In this document: positions 40,668-51,480 of the stretch, one piece after another
How positions within the stretch are numbered: position 1 is the first letter of the stretch
Layout of the letters: every line of letters starts with the position of its first letter
Source: Aulosira sp. ZfuVER01
GTDB taxonomy: Bacteria > Cyanobacteriota > Cyanobacteriia > Cyanobacteriales > Nostocaceae
Direction of reading: 5' to 3'
Length of the DNA stretch: 64,000 nucleotides
Assembly: GCA_034530615.2 (NCBI GenBank)
Contig: JAVRCV020000028.1
Coordinates: forward strand, 64,001 to 128,000
Program-made: the position numbers and the translations under genes
Notes under the pieces: model-generated
The model's database searches: none
What the model was told of the DNA's origin: nothing
The model's input: the letters and a program-made list of their open reading frames with translations, nothing else

Positions 40668-43466
40668 CTATAAAGTTAACTGGGGAAATATAATTTTAAA
40701 TACTGTTTCGCAATCGGTTTCTAAAGTTATCGTTCCTTCTAGTTGTTCTGTAACCAAGTCATAAACTAAAGAAAGACCTAACGAATTAGTATCTCTCCAA
40801 TTAACATCTTGTTGGAAACCGATACCATTATCACTAATAGTCATTTCAATACTATCATTGAGACAGCGTAATCTAATAATGATATTGCCTACTTTTTGGT
40901 TAGGAAAAGCGTGTTTGAGAGCATTGGAGATTAATTCATTGATAATTAAACCACAAGCAATGGCTTGGTCAACATTTAAGCTGACAGGATCTATATCAGT
41001 TTCTAATCCAATCTCCGCAGGTGATACCTGATAAGAAATTAATAAACTGGTGGCTAAATTTTGGATATAGTCAGCAACATCAAGTTGCCCAATATTAGGA
41101 GCAGTGTATAAATTTCTGTGAATTAATGAGATTGAATCTATCCGATTTTGACTGTCTCTTAAAACGCGGATGACTTCAGGATCGGTGAGGGTTTGGGACT
41201 GGAGTTGCAACAAACTCGAGACAATTTGTAAGTTATTTTTAACTCGATGATGAATCTCCTTTAATAAGACTTCTTTTTCTGCTAATGCACTTCTTAATTC
41301 CACTTCCGCTTTCTGTCTTTGGGCAATTTCAATTTGGGCTTGCTGAAGAATGGTAGATTGTTGAATAGCGATCGCTATTGACACCGATAGTTGATCGAGC
41401 AAATCTAATTGGTGTTCTTCCCACTCCCGAGTCCGAGAACATTGGTGTGCAATTAGTAAACCCCACAGGCCAGAGCCAGGATTTTCTTCACTGACTTGTA
41501 AGAGAATGGGTACTACTAAATTTGCTTTAACCTCAAACTGTTTTAACAGGTTAATATGACATTCAGTTAGTCCAGCTTCATAAATGTTAGCGATCGCTCT
41601 TTTATGACCTTGGTAATACTGCTTACCTCCGCCTGTTTGAAAACACGTATCTACTATCTGTGCATCTATCGAAGCTGTCCAGCCATTCACCACAGATTCC
41701 GCCACAACTGTAGCGCTCATATCTGAAGCAAACCGTAGAACTATCACCCTATCTACCTGAAGTAAATCTCGTACTTCTTTCACCGTAGCATCAAGGATAT
41801 CTTGAAGATTTAACGATTGACGAATTCGCCCTGTAACGGTTCGCATCAATTGCTCCCGTTCAACTTGAGTTTTTAAAGCCTGTTCAGTTTGCTTGCGTTC
41901 TGTGATATTTTGCCCAATACCAATGATTTGCCCATTTTCCAAGTTAACATTAGTCCAAGAAGTATCAATTACACGACCTGCTTGAGTTTGAGTTCTAAAG
42001 TCACACCAAACTTTTTGCGCAGACTGAATAAAATTAACCACATATTGATAATCTTCTGGGTTTGGATATAAAACCTCAAGAACATCACAATTTTGGAAAT
42101 CTTGAAAATTCCAACCTAAAATTCGTTCCCACTCTTGGTTTACCCATTGCAGTTTACCGTTAACATCAATGAGTGAAATCATCAACGGAATACTCTCAAA
42201 TATATTCCGCAGCAATTTATTTTGTTGTTGGAGGTTTGTTTCTGCGTTTTTGCGATCTGTGATGTCATAAAAAGCTTTTAAAATAGCAGATTCTCCATTA
42301 AATGTGAGAAACTGCACTGAAGCAATTGCCCAAAATGAAGTGCCATCTGGTCTTTTAAATTGGACTTCGTGATTATGAACATAGCCTTGTTGGGCTAGAG
42401 CTTCTAATATTAATTGTCGCTCGTCTGGGTTGTGATAAAATTCTGAAGCTTGCCGAGAATTAATTAAATCTTCTGGATCTAATAGGAATGTTTGGCTAAA
42501 CTCTTGGTTGGCATATAAAATTAACCCGTCAGTCAGGCGTGAGATAAACAAGGGGATGGGAATCGCTTCGGAAATTGCCCGTAATCTGGCTTCGCTCTCA
42601 TGAAGCGTTTGTTCTATTTTTTTGCGATTGGTAATGTCTCTGATCACTCCTAAGCGAGCGTTGTGACCAGCATATTCTATTGAGTGTGCGAAAACTTCAA
42701 CATCAATAATCTGTCCGTCTTTGCGGCGGTGCTTCCATTCTCTAGAGCAGTTTACATTAGTCTTTTTTTGGGCGAAATGTTGTTCTATAACAGGCACATC
42801 TTCTGGAATCAGAATGTCAGTTAAACGCAATTGCAAAAACTCTTCTCGAGAGTAACCATAATTAATTACAGCAGCATTATTGACATTTAAAAATCTCAGG
42901 TTATGGCAATCAATCACCCACATGGGGTTAGGATGATTCAGAAAAAGTATATTGAAATTTTTTTGGCTTTCATGAATAATTTTTTCTCGATGGAAATCTA
43001 AATATTTAATGATTTGTCGCGCTAATTTTTTTAATATTGCTTGTTCTTTGTCGCTGAAATTACGAGGGACAGAATCAAATACACAAAGACTACCTATAGC
43101 AAAACCGTTTGCAGTAATTAGGGGAACTCCTGCATAGGAACAGCAATAAGGTGCTGAAATCACCAGAGGATTTGCAGCAAATCGCTGATCCTGCAAGATA
43201 TCTGGGATGATTAATATTTCACTTTCAAGAATCGTGTAAGTACCAAAGGAAATGCAGCGAGGAATTTCCGATTGATTGATTCCGACTTTCGACTTAAACC
43301 ATTCTCGTTCAGCATCGACTAGACTAATCAGCGCGATTGGCACATCACACACATCAGCCGCCAACTGGGCAAGGTCATCAAAAATTTCTTCTGGTGGTGT
43401 ATCTAAAATTTGATATTGATGGAGTAATTCCAGTCGTTGCTGTTCATTTTTAGGTAATATTATCAC
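40668..43466 (-). CDS. DXCF-type cyanobacteriochrome histidine kinase (GAF-PASx3-CBCR GAF-HisKA_2-HATPase)
   Basis: Second GAF has DTCF and ECH (two-Cys CBCR); EIHHRVKNNLQ H-box. Confidence 0.85.
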   Translation of the reverse strand: MIILPKNEQQRLELLHQYQILDTPPEEIFDDLAQLAADVCDVPIALISLVDAEREWFKSKVGINQSEIPRCISFGTYTILESEILIIPDILQDQRFAANPLVISAPYCCSYAGVPLITANGFAIGSLCVFDSVPRNFSDKEQAILKKLARQIIKYLDFHREKIIHESQKNFNILFLNHPNPMWVIDCHNLRFLNVNNAAVINYGYSREEFLQLRLTDILIPEDVPVIEQHFAQKKTNVNCSREWKHRRKDGQIIDVEVFAHSIEYAGHNARLGVIRDITNRKKIEQTLHESEARLRAISEAIPIPLFISRLTDGLILYANQEFSQTFLLDPEDLINSRQASEFYHNPDERQLILEALAQQGYVHNHEVQFKRPDGTSFWAIASVQFLTFNGESAILKAFYDITDRKNAETNLQQQNKLLRNIFESIPLMISLIDVNGKLQWVNQEWERILGWNFQDFQNCDVLEVLYPNPEDYQYVVNFIQSAQKVWCDFRTQTQAGRVIDTSWTNVNLENGQIIGIGQNITERKQTEQALKTQVEREQLMRTVTGRIRQSLNLQDILDATVKEVRDLLQVDRVIVLRFASDMSATVVAESVVNGWTASIDAQIVDTCFQTGGGKQYYQGHKRAIANIYEAGLTECHINLLKQFEVKANLVVPILLQVSEENPGSGLWGLLIAHQCSRTREWEEHQLDLLDQLSVSIAIAIQQSTILQQAQIEIAQRQKAEVELRSALAEKEVLLKEIHHRVKNNLQIVSSLLQLQSQTLTDPEVIRVLRDSQNRIDSISLIHRNLYTAPNIGQLDVADYIQNLATSLLISYQVSPAEIGLETDIDPVSLNVDQAIACGLIINELISNALKHAFPNQKVGNIIIRLRCLNDSIEMTISDNGIGFQQDVNWRDTNSLGLSLVYDLVTEQLEGTITLETDCETVFKIIFPQLTL

Positions 43467-43923
43467 TGATCGCTTGGCAAAAATTTATTTAAAATGTTTT
43501 ACGTAAATAGGTAATCTGGGTTCTCTTGTATAAACTCTTCACTATGCTATCTGCAATGAATTAAAGCTTATTCCTGAATTAACAGGTTGTTTATGATATG
43601 GGTTAAGAAAAATAATACTCCCTCATCAAAACTTTTAACAGAATGCAGTTACTATTTGCAACATGATGCATTTATGATGTTTTTACAAGATTAATCTCAA
43701 CAGCCGTTCAACGAAATTGCGATCGCCTATTTTGCGAAAATAATATATGCGATCGCGCAACAAACCTTTCTCCTCAAGCCATACTCAGTCCCTTGACTTC
43801 CTTAAAGTCTTGGCGGTACCTTTGCTTGTATTTTAACGTAAGGGTTTGGAGACGGTTTCTTTGCATACAGGTTCACCGCATCTTTCCATCTCCACGTCTT
43901 CGTCTGTGCATCTGTGGTTTGTT

Positions 43924-45456
43924 CTATCTCGGTCGTCCCAATGTAGTAATGTAGAGAGCTGCCTCATCTGTAGGAATGCCTAGAACTTCATTTACTTGGT
44001 CGTCAAAAAAACCACCAATACCGCTGACACCTATATTGAGTTGAGTTGCTGCTAAATTCAATCTTTGTCCTAAATGTCCAGCATCCATGTGCAAATAACG
44101 ATAGACGCGATCGCCATACTGAGCGATCGCAGATTTCAGGTCTGCTGTATGAAATAACACTGCGGCGGCATCTCGTCCTAAATCTTGTCCCAAGCAGAGA
44201 AAGTGTAACTCTCGCCGGAAGTTTTTAAAGCGAATTTGTCTTAATTCTTGCGCTTTAGGAGCATAATAGTAACAGCCTGTTTCTAATCCTTTGACCCCGC
44301 AAACTGCAATAAATGTTTCAATTAAATTTAGGTCAAAGTAATCTGGAGAACGATCTAAATTTTGGTAGATGTAATTTTGGGGTTGGTAAGTGAAATCAAG
44401 TAAAGCTTTGAGTTCATCAAAGGTCAAATCTTCACCACTGTAAGCACGGGTAGAACGGCGCTTGTGCATGGTGTTTTCCAGTTCTACCAGATTTTCTCCC
44501 CAAGAAATAGGTGTGGTAGCTGTGGAAATTTTCAGACAGAAAGGAAAATTGTATTTATCCTCTAAGGATCTGTCTTGTTTTACCTCTGGTAAATTGAGTT
44601 TGCCAGTTGTCCCTGTTTGTATCTGCGTCTGGCGATGAAAATACTTCAGCAGTTCGCCATCGGGGATAGTGGGGTAATCAGTTTCGGTAGCAGAAGGTAA
44701 AGCAGTGCGTCCCAATGGTAAATTTTGTTTGATATCTAATAAGTCTGCCAAAGGTAGAACTGCGATCGCTCCTTCTTGTTGCGGCTCGATATAAAGTAGA
44801 TCGTTGACCGCTTCATCAACAAAACCGCCGATCAAGTGGGGGCGATAGTCATTAACCGCCGCAGCTAACTCGATATTCCCTAACAGGTGTCCTGTATCTA
44901 AAAAAATCCGGCGGTAAGCCCGATCTTCATATCGCCAAGCAGAACGATAGAATACCGCAGTAATTATAATTGCCAGTTGAGTATTTTCCAGGGACGGATG
45001 CCAAAAACAAGCTGCTTGTAAAGCTTGCCAAACGTCGCTTTCCCAATACTGCATCAGTGAATGAGTCCGACACTGGTAGTTATATAGCCCAGGTGGTAAC
45101 AACTGGCTCCCCCTAGAAACTACATATACCTCAGCCGGGTACAACCCACCAGCACTAGGAGCAGATCGTAAATACACCGCACTGCCCATAGAAGGCATTT
45201 TCGCCGTTAGCCCATAACTACGAAACAATAGCCGTGAAAGTCTTTGCCACCATTTTGCATCTGCACTGTCACTAGAAGCCTCGGAATTTTCTTGCAGGTA
45301 GGGTTTAAGGTCGAAAGACGAGCCAATTCTGTACTCTTTGAACGGTACTGGTTGTTTAGCCCAATCTAACCTCTGACTTTTTGAAGCTAGCGTTTCAGGG
45401 TTATATTTAGTGCGTTCGTGGTAGTGCTGGGCAATTGATTGGTGTATTTCTGGCAT
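43924..45456 (-). CDS. SagB/ThcOx-family nitroreductase-like dehydrogenase
   Basis: YHERTKY, RSAPSAGGLYP, RRSTR and YRYLHMDAGH motifs; two nitroreductase domains. Confidence 0.9.
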   Translation of the reverse strand: MPEIHQSIAQHYHERTKYNPETLASKSQRLDWAKQPVPFKEYRIGSSFDLKPYLQENSEASSDSADAKWWQRLSRLLFRSYGLTAKMPSMGSAVYLRSAPSAGGLYPAEVYVVSRGSQLLPPGLYNYQCRTHSLMQYWESDVWQALQAACFWHPSLENTQLAIIITAVFYRSAWRYEDRAYRRIFLDTGHLLGNIELAAAVNDYRPHLIGGFVDEAVNDLLYIEPQQEGAIAVLPLADLLDIKQNLPLGRTALPSATETDYPTIPDGELLKYFHRQTQIQTGTTGKLNLPEVKQDRSLEDKYNFPFCLKISTATTPISWGENLVELENTMHKRRSTRAYSGEDLTFDELKALLDFTYQPQNYIYQNLDRSPDYFDLNLIETFIAVCGVKGLETGCYYYAPKAQELRQIRFKNFRRELHFLCLGQDLGRDAAAVLFHTADLKSAIAQYGDRVYRYLHMDAGHLGQRLNLAATQLNIGVSGIGGFFDDQVNEVLGIPTDEAALYITTLGRPR

Positions 45457-45739
45457 AGTACTTTCAATAGCATTGGGCGTCCTTTTTTGATCTTGGCATT
45501 CCTGCGTCTAATTATTTCGTGTTAATTGGTACAATCTTAATAATTACAATCTGATACTGAATAACTACTAGTGTGCAATTTCCTCATTAGTAGCTAATTC
45601 ACGACTCAGAACTAAAGTTTTGATTCGTACATATTATCTTCTGCCTCTCCGAAGTTCCGATGCCTGCGGCAACCCCTTCGGTGTACGGAGGAAGCCTCCG
45701 CTCGGACTTCTCTGTGCCCTCTGCCTTTCTTTGTTAATT

Positions 45740-46666
45740 TTATCCATCATAGTTTTCTGCTGGCGGAGTTGGTCTTACAGGCTGGGAATTGCGTCGCCAA
45801 CGGTTCAAACCATAAATAGCAGCAGCCAAAATCAAAAAATAAGGACTGTAAACCATTAACCAAATAGTCAGCTTGAGTAAACCAACGGTGAACTCTCCAA
45901 CAGAGTTGCTAGAGTTATTCCAAGTTTCTTGAATTTGTGCACCTAAGCCCCGTTGTGGACTGCTGCTAGAAACTGCTGCTTCTAGGTTAAGTGCGATCGT
46001 AGAGTAGGCAACTTGATTTTTTAAGTTTTTCAGTTGAGCATTGATTTGCTCAATTGATTGCCGGACATTACTAAGTTCCTGGGCAACACTTAATACATCT
46101 CTTACAGAACCAGAACGATCCATAATTTTTTGCAAATTAGCTTCTGTTCTTTGCAGATTGCTTAATCTAGCTTGGAAATCTACTAGCTGATTGCTGACAT
46201 CTTCCGCCGTGATATTGCGATTTTCTACTGTACCCAATTTAGCTAGTTCATCAAGAGTTGATTCCAGTTGATTTTGTGGTACTCGCAAGGTTATAGATGC
46301 AGTATGACGAGCGTTGTCTTTTGTGGGTTGACGTTCGTTTAACCCAATTAAGTCTCCTTGTTTGTTATTGATAATTTTAGAGACTGCATCGATACTCTGA
46401 TCTACAGAGTTAACAATTACAGTCATGGCTGCTTTTTTAATCAGTTGCGGACGGGATTGCGGTACTTGTGCTACCTCAGCTTTTTGTGCAACACTTCCCG
46501 CACTATCAGCTGGTGCAGCTTGATTGAAAGCGCGATCGCCTGCACTTTGTGTTGATGCCTGTTTTGATAGTTGCGGTGCAGAAGCACAACTGGTAAAAAT
46601 CACACCTCCCAGCAGCACACTCATAACTAAAGCAGATTTATCAGGTAATTTAATCGAGACTGCCAT
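45740..46666 (-). CDS. DUF4349 domain-containing lipoprotein
   Basis: Lipobox FTSC, TLRVP, AEDVS.Q.VD, coiled coil, C-terminal TM. Confidence 0.8.
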   Translation of the reverse strand: MAVSIKLPDKSALVMSVLLGGVIFTSCASAPQLSKQASTQSAGDRAFNQAAPADSAGSVAQKAEVAQVPQSRPQLIKKAAMTVIVNSVDQSIDAVSKIINNKQGDLIGLNERQPTKDNARHTASITLRVPQNQLESTLDELAKLGTVENRNITAEDVSNQLVDFQARLSNLQRTEANLQKIMDRSGSVRDVLSVAQELSNVRQSIEQINAQLKNLKNQVAYSTIALNLEAAVSSSSPQRGLGAQIQETWNNSSNSVGEFTVGLLKLTIWLMVYSPYFLILAAAIYGLNRWRRNSQPVRPTPPAENYDG

Positions 46667-46868
46667 AATTTAAACCCCAGGATAGATGAAGTTAATCTCA
46701 GTATCGCTGAGGGCAAAAGTGAAAGTTGGTATTGTTGCGATTTATGTAACAGAAATGCTAGCTCAGTTAGTTTTGTTGCTTAACAACAGCTTGTGATTTA
46801 ACTCACAATTACCTGCTATTTACTTAGATACAATCAAGACGAAAGCATAAAATAATACTTAAAAACAA

Positions 46869-47306
46869 ATGGCTTTAATACAGTTAATTTTAGTACTAGC
46901 TACAGTAATTGGTGTAGCAGATAGCAATACAATTCGTGTTAAAGATGATGCTGGCAAAACAACTACAGTTAAATTAGTGTGTATTAATACACCTAAAGAA
47001 ACCAAACAGCAGTATGTTTCCGCAGCCACCAAAAAACTTCAACAACTAGTACCATCAGGTAGCCCAGTTGTCATTAGAAGCGTAGATCGAGATCAAAGTG
47101 GGCAGACACTGGGTGAAGTGTATGTAGATAATCGCTCAGTTAATCTCCGTTTGGTTGAAGAGGGTAATGCTGTTGTCGATCGAGATTCTTTATATTACTG
47201 CGAGGAAAGCAAAACCCAATTTTTAATCGCAGAAGCCAATGCAAAAAATAAGCGTTTGGGATTGTGGCAGCAGTTTAATCTTGTAAAGACAAAGACGAGG
47301 AATTGA
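46869..47306 (+). CDS. Thermonuclease (SNase) family protein, catalytic motifs degenerate
   Basis: DSNTIRV, KLVCINTPK, DRDQSGQTLGEVY, VN..LVEEGNA and GLW (canonical DGDT and DRYGR altered). Confidence 0.8.
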   Translation: MALIQLILVLATVIGVADSNTIRVKDDAGKTTTVKLVCINTPKETKQQYVSAATKKLQQLVPSGSPVVIRSVDRDQSGQTLGEVYVDNRSVNLRLVEEGNAVVDRDSLYYCEESKTQFLIAEANAKNKRLGLWQQFNLVKTKTRN

Positions 47307-47313
47307 ATGTCTC

Positions 47314-47346
47314 AGATTTCCGACTTCTCGAATAAGTCGGAAATCT
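47314..47346 (+). terminator. Hairpin terminator / repeat
   Basis: AGATTTCCGACTT-ctcgaat-AAGTCGGAAATCT 13-bp stem. Confidence 0.6.
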
Positions 47347-47667
47347 TAATTTTTGTAGGCAATAGCGACTAAAACAATACGAATTTTTAACTGATAGTTA
47401 AGAGGTACAAGTCACTCATATTACAATAAGAAACTATAATGCACTCCATCAAAAAACCAGATGCAGAGTTCTTTCCGCTTTCTTAGGTACAAAGGTGCCA
47501 AAAAAGTAGTTTTGGCAAAAGTTTAGTGCAGAATAATTGAAGAAGTTTAATTCAAAAGCCAAATCTGTATCACAGGAATGTTATTTGTAACCCTGTCTAG
47601 AGATTAATTGTCAAAATATTTTTGAACAGCTAATACATTAGTAGCGCTGCAAATAAGAGCTAGAAGC

Positions 47668-48534
47668 ATGGAAACCAAACAGCTAGGAAAAACGGGTGTC
47701 TCTGTAAGTGCGATTGGCTTGGGTGGAATGCCGATGTCAATATCAAATCGTCCTCCCGAATCGGAATCAATTCAAGTTATCCATCGGGCTTTGGATTTGG
47801 GTATCACATTCATTGACACCGCCGACTCTTACTGCCTAGATGAATCAGATAAGCATCACAACGAAAGACTTATTTACCAAGCACTTGGCAGCTACAAAGG
47901 CGATGTTAGCCATGTGGTTGTTGCAACCAAAGGCGGTTTGATGCGTCCTCATGGCAACTGGGTACGTAATGGGAACCCCAAACATTTACGCCAAACAATT
48001 CGTGAAAGTTTTCAGGCGTTAGGAGGTAGTAAACCGATAGATCTTTGGCAGTATCACGCCCCCGATCCTAAATACACTATTGAAGAATCTCTTGCACCAG
48101 TTAAAGAAGCGGTAGAAGCTGGTTTAATTCGGTTTGTGGGAGTTTCTAATTTTTCTGTAGAACAAATTAAGCAAGTGCGAGAGGTGATTGATATTGTCTC
48201 GGTGCAAAATCAATATAGTCCTTGGGAAAGACAGCCAGAAATTGATGGCGTTTTGAAGTATTGCGAACACGAAGGATTAACCTTTTTGCCTTGGAGTCCA
48301 TTTGGTGGGAGTCGTCGCCATCAAAACTTGCAAGATATTCCCGCGATCGCACAATTAGCTCAAGAAAAAGGTGTATCAGTTTATTGTATTGTGCTGGCGT
48401 GGTTGCGTTCTAAATCGCCTGCTATTTTGCCCATACCTGGTGCTAGTAAGGTTTCCAGTATTGAAGATTCGGTGCAAGCTGTTGATGTGCAATTATCTGA
48501 GGCAGAAGTCCAAAAAATTGATCGAGAAACGTAA
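47668..48534 (+). CDS. Aldo/keto reductase
   Basis: IGLGGM, DTADSY, ATKGG, GVSNFS and PIPG motifs. Confidence 0.93.
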   Translation: METKQLGKTGVSVSAIGLGGMPMSISNRPPESESIQVIHRALDLGITFIDTADSYCLDESDKHHNERLIYQALGSYKGDVSHVVVATKGGLMRPHGNWVRNGNPKHLRQTIRESFQALGGSKPIDLWQYHAPDPKYTIEESLAPVKEAVEAGLIRFVGVSNFSVEQIKQVREVIDIVSVQNQYSPWERQPEIDGVLKYCEHEGLTFLPWSPFGGSRRHQNLQDIPAIAQLAQEKGVSVYCIVLAWLRSKSPAILPIPGASKVSSIEDSVQAVDVQLSEAEVQKIDRET

Positions 48535-48669
48535 TTATTAGTCATTAGCCATTGGGGATTGATGATTTTTCTCCCTTGTCCCCTTTGTCCCCCTTGTCCC
48601 TATTTTCATCAATAAATATCTCCGTGCCCTTGTACCTAATTTGGGGTAAGATCAAAAGCCTGCCAATAA

Positions 48670-49695
<1,026 letters not shown>

Positions 49696-50007
49696 TTGCA
49701 ATTAGTAATAGTTAATAGCTAATGCTATAACTCACAATTACAGCAATTTGCAATTGAATACACCATAGTAGGGGCACAACAATGTTTGTGCCCTTTTGAT
49801 AATTTAGTCTTCAAAGCATGTATTCCACAGCGATCGCGTCTCCGGTCAAAGTCTTGAGTGTGGTCGTAGTTTTGGTCAGTGCTGGCAAGGACAAGCAATG
49901 CTGGGTTTCCTGTCGTCAACCCAGCCTACGGTGATCGGCGATCGCACTACGAGTGCGGAAAACGCTTTAACTTTCGATAAGTTCAGTAAAAAATGGAAAC
50001 ATTAGGA

Positions 50008-50661
50008 CTAGAGAACAAGTTCGTCTAACTGATTAAAATCATTATGCCTGCGTTGCTTGAAAAGCAAATAATCTGGATAATTTCTTAAATCATTTTGTTT
50101 AATATCTCTAAAAAATCCTGATTTCATTCTACGAATTGCTCCGCTTAATGTCTTTGAACCACCGCCTGCTGAGAAATCAACATGCTTGAATTGAGATACT
50201 TTTTCTGATAACCCACCTTTGGTGCTTGTCTGTTTAAGCTTGCCACTTTTAACAAGTTGGTTTAGCTTCAAAGATAGCCCATACTCTTGATCCAAAGATA
50301 GGTACTCACAAAAATGATAAACTCTGAAGCTAAAATCTGCTAGTTTTATAAGTTTATTGTCTAAATTTATATTTTGCTTTTCGATCTTTGCAATGCAGCT
50401 ATCAAGTAGCTCTGCCATACGATCACAGACATACTGGCACAAATGTATATATTCAAGTTTGTTCGAGGATAAATAATCAATTTGAGAATGAAAATAAACC
50501 TCTGAGCTAGATATTCTATATCCCCAAGCAATTACTTCTCCTTGATCTTCCCAAGAATCAGGAGGCTTAAACTCATTACCATATGCATCTGGGCTATTAA
50601 AGACAGATTCAATACTCAGATAAGTCGGCCCAATAAAAAATACTTTCTGTTCCATAACCAA
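50008..50661 (-). CDS. Hypothetical protein
   Basis: 217-aa AT-rich ORF with no recognised motif. Confidence 0.6.
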   Translation of the reverse strand: MVMEQKVFFIGPTYLSIESVFNSPDAYGNEFKPPDSWEDQGEVIAWGYRISSSEVYFHSQIDYLSSNKLEYIHLCQYVCDRMAELLDSCIAKIEKQNINLDNKLIKLADFSFRVYHFCEYLSLDQEYGLSLKLNQLVKSGKLKQTSTKGGLSEKVSQFKHVDFSAGGGSKTLSGAIRRMKSGFFRDIKQNDLRNYPDYLLFKQRRHNDFNQLDELVL

Positions 50662-50840
50662 GCTTTAATTTACCAAATATGTTCTTTCATGATAAGCGTC
50701 ACACAAAGGATATGGAAAGATAGAGATTTTGCTAAATCGCAGCGATTATATTCATTACAATCCTGTGCCACATCAATGCTAGGCAAGTTTAGTTTAGGCG
50801 ATCGCATCTCCAAGCTAAGATTGTTGAACCACAAGAGCAG

Positions 50841-50869
50841 GTGATGTCTACGACGGGCTATGCCTACGC
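50841..50869. repeat. Small dispersed repeat inserted in a degenerate HIP1 site (SDR1-like)
   Basis: GTGAT + 21-nt GTCTACGACGGGCTATGCCTA + CGC. Confidence 0.55.
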
Positions 50870-50910
50870 GCAAATTTGAACCAACAGACAATATGTGCGA
50901 GCGTTAGTTA

Positions 50911-51057
50911 ACAAGACGAGGACTTTCATTCACAAAGTGAGGACTTTCATTCACAAAGCGAAGACTTTCAGTTACAAAGCGAGGACTTTCAGTTACAAAG
51001 CGAAGACTTTCATTCACAAAGCGAAGACTTTCATTCACAAAGCGAGGACTTTCATTT
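50911..51057. repeat. Tandem array of seven 21-nt units
   Basis: Consensus ACAAAGCGA(G/A)GACTTTCA(TTC/GTT). Confidence 0.9.
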
Positions 51058-51261
51058 ACAAGATAAATGCTTTGGTGCGTTGCGCTACGCGACAACACAC
51101 CCTACATGCACAAGCGATGGCTTCGCCAACGCCAAGGCGATCGCGCTCGTAAAGCCACCATCACGCGGTTAAAATCAAGCGCAGATGCAAAAGCCGCTGC
51201 TAAAGAGACGGTGTAATAGGCGACTCCTTTTTTATGTGCAGATTGGTCTGATTTTTGGATT

Positions 51262-51362
51262 GCGATCGCGCATTTTGCCCAAACATAATGCCATTGGGAT
51301 TGATGAAAAATAAATTGGCATTATCCAAAACTCCCAGCCTCCCCAACTTCAAAAGCGATCGC
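51262..51362 (-). pseudogene. Short fragment of a TpsA secretion domain bounded by two HIP1 sites
   Basis: GRLGVLDNANLFFINPNGIMFGQNAR aligns with GTLGVDGRANLFFLNPNGIIFGSNAR of the TpsA genes in this window. Confidence 0.7.
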
Positions 51363-51480
51363 CCAGCATATGGGTGCAAATTTGTACAAAATATTAAATT
51401 TTCCAACATTAACTTAATCAGATTTGAACTTTCGATAAGTTCAGTAAAAAATGGAAATGTCCCTTTGCAGATGGATGTAG

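Larger units (their letters stand above)
49969..51457. repeat. 31-bp direct repeats (49969-49999 and 51427-51457) bounding a 1.4-kb accessory segment
   Basis: AACTTTCGATAAGTTCAGTAAAAAATGGAAA occurs identically twice. Confidence 0.9.

Noticed and set aside
43924..45456. RiPP (azole peptide) cluster around the SagB-like gene
   Set aside because: No YcaO, precursor peptide or protease nearby; the stand-alone gene looks like a conserved cyanobacterial nitroreductase-like protein
50895..51152. ORFs 50895-51152 and 50904-51098 as real genes, or a CRISPR array
   Set aside because: The open frames result from a 21-nt tandem repeat; there are no unique spacers
51373..51389. L-box upstream of rcaE (minus strand TTGTACA-aat-TTGCACC)
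   Set aside because: Spacer is 3 nt rather than 4 and both half-sites are mismatched
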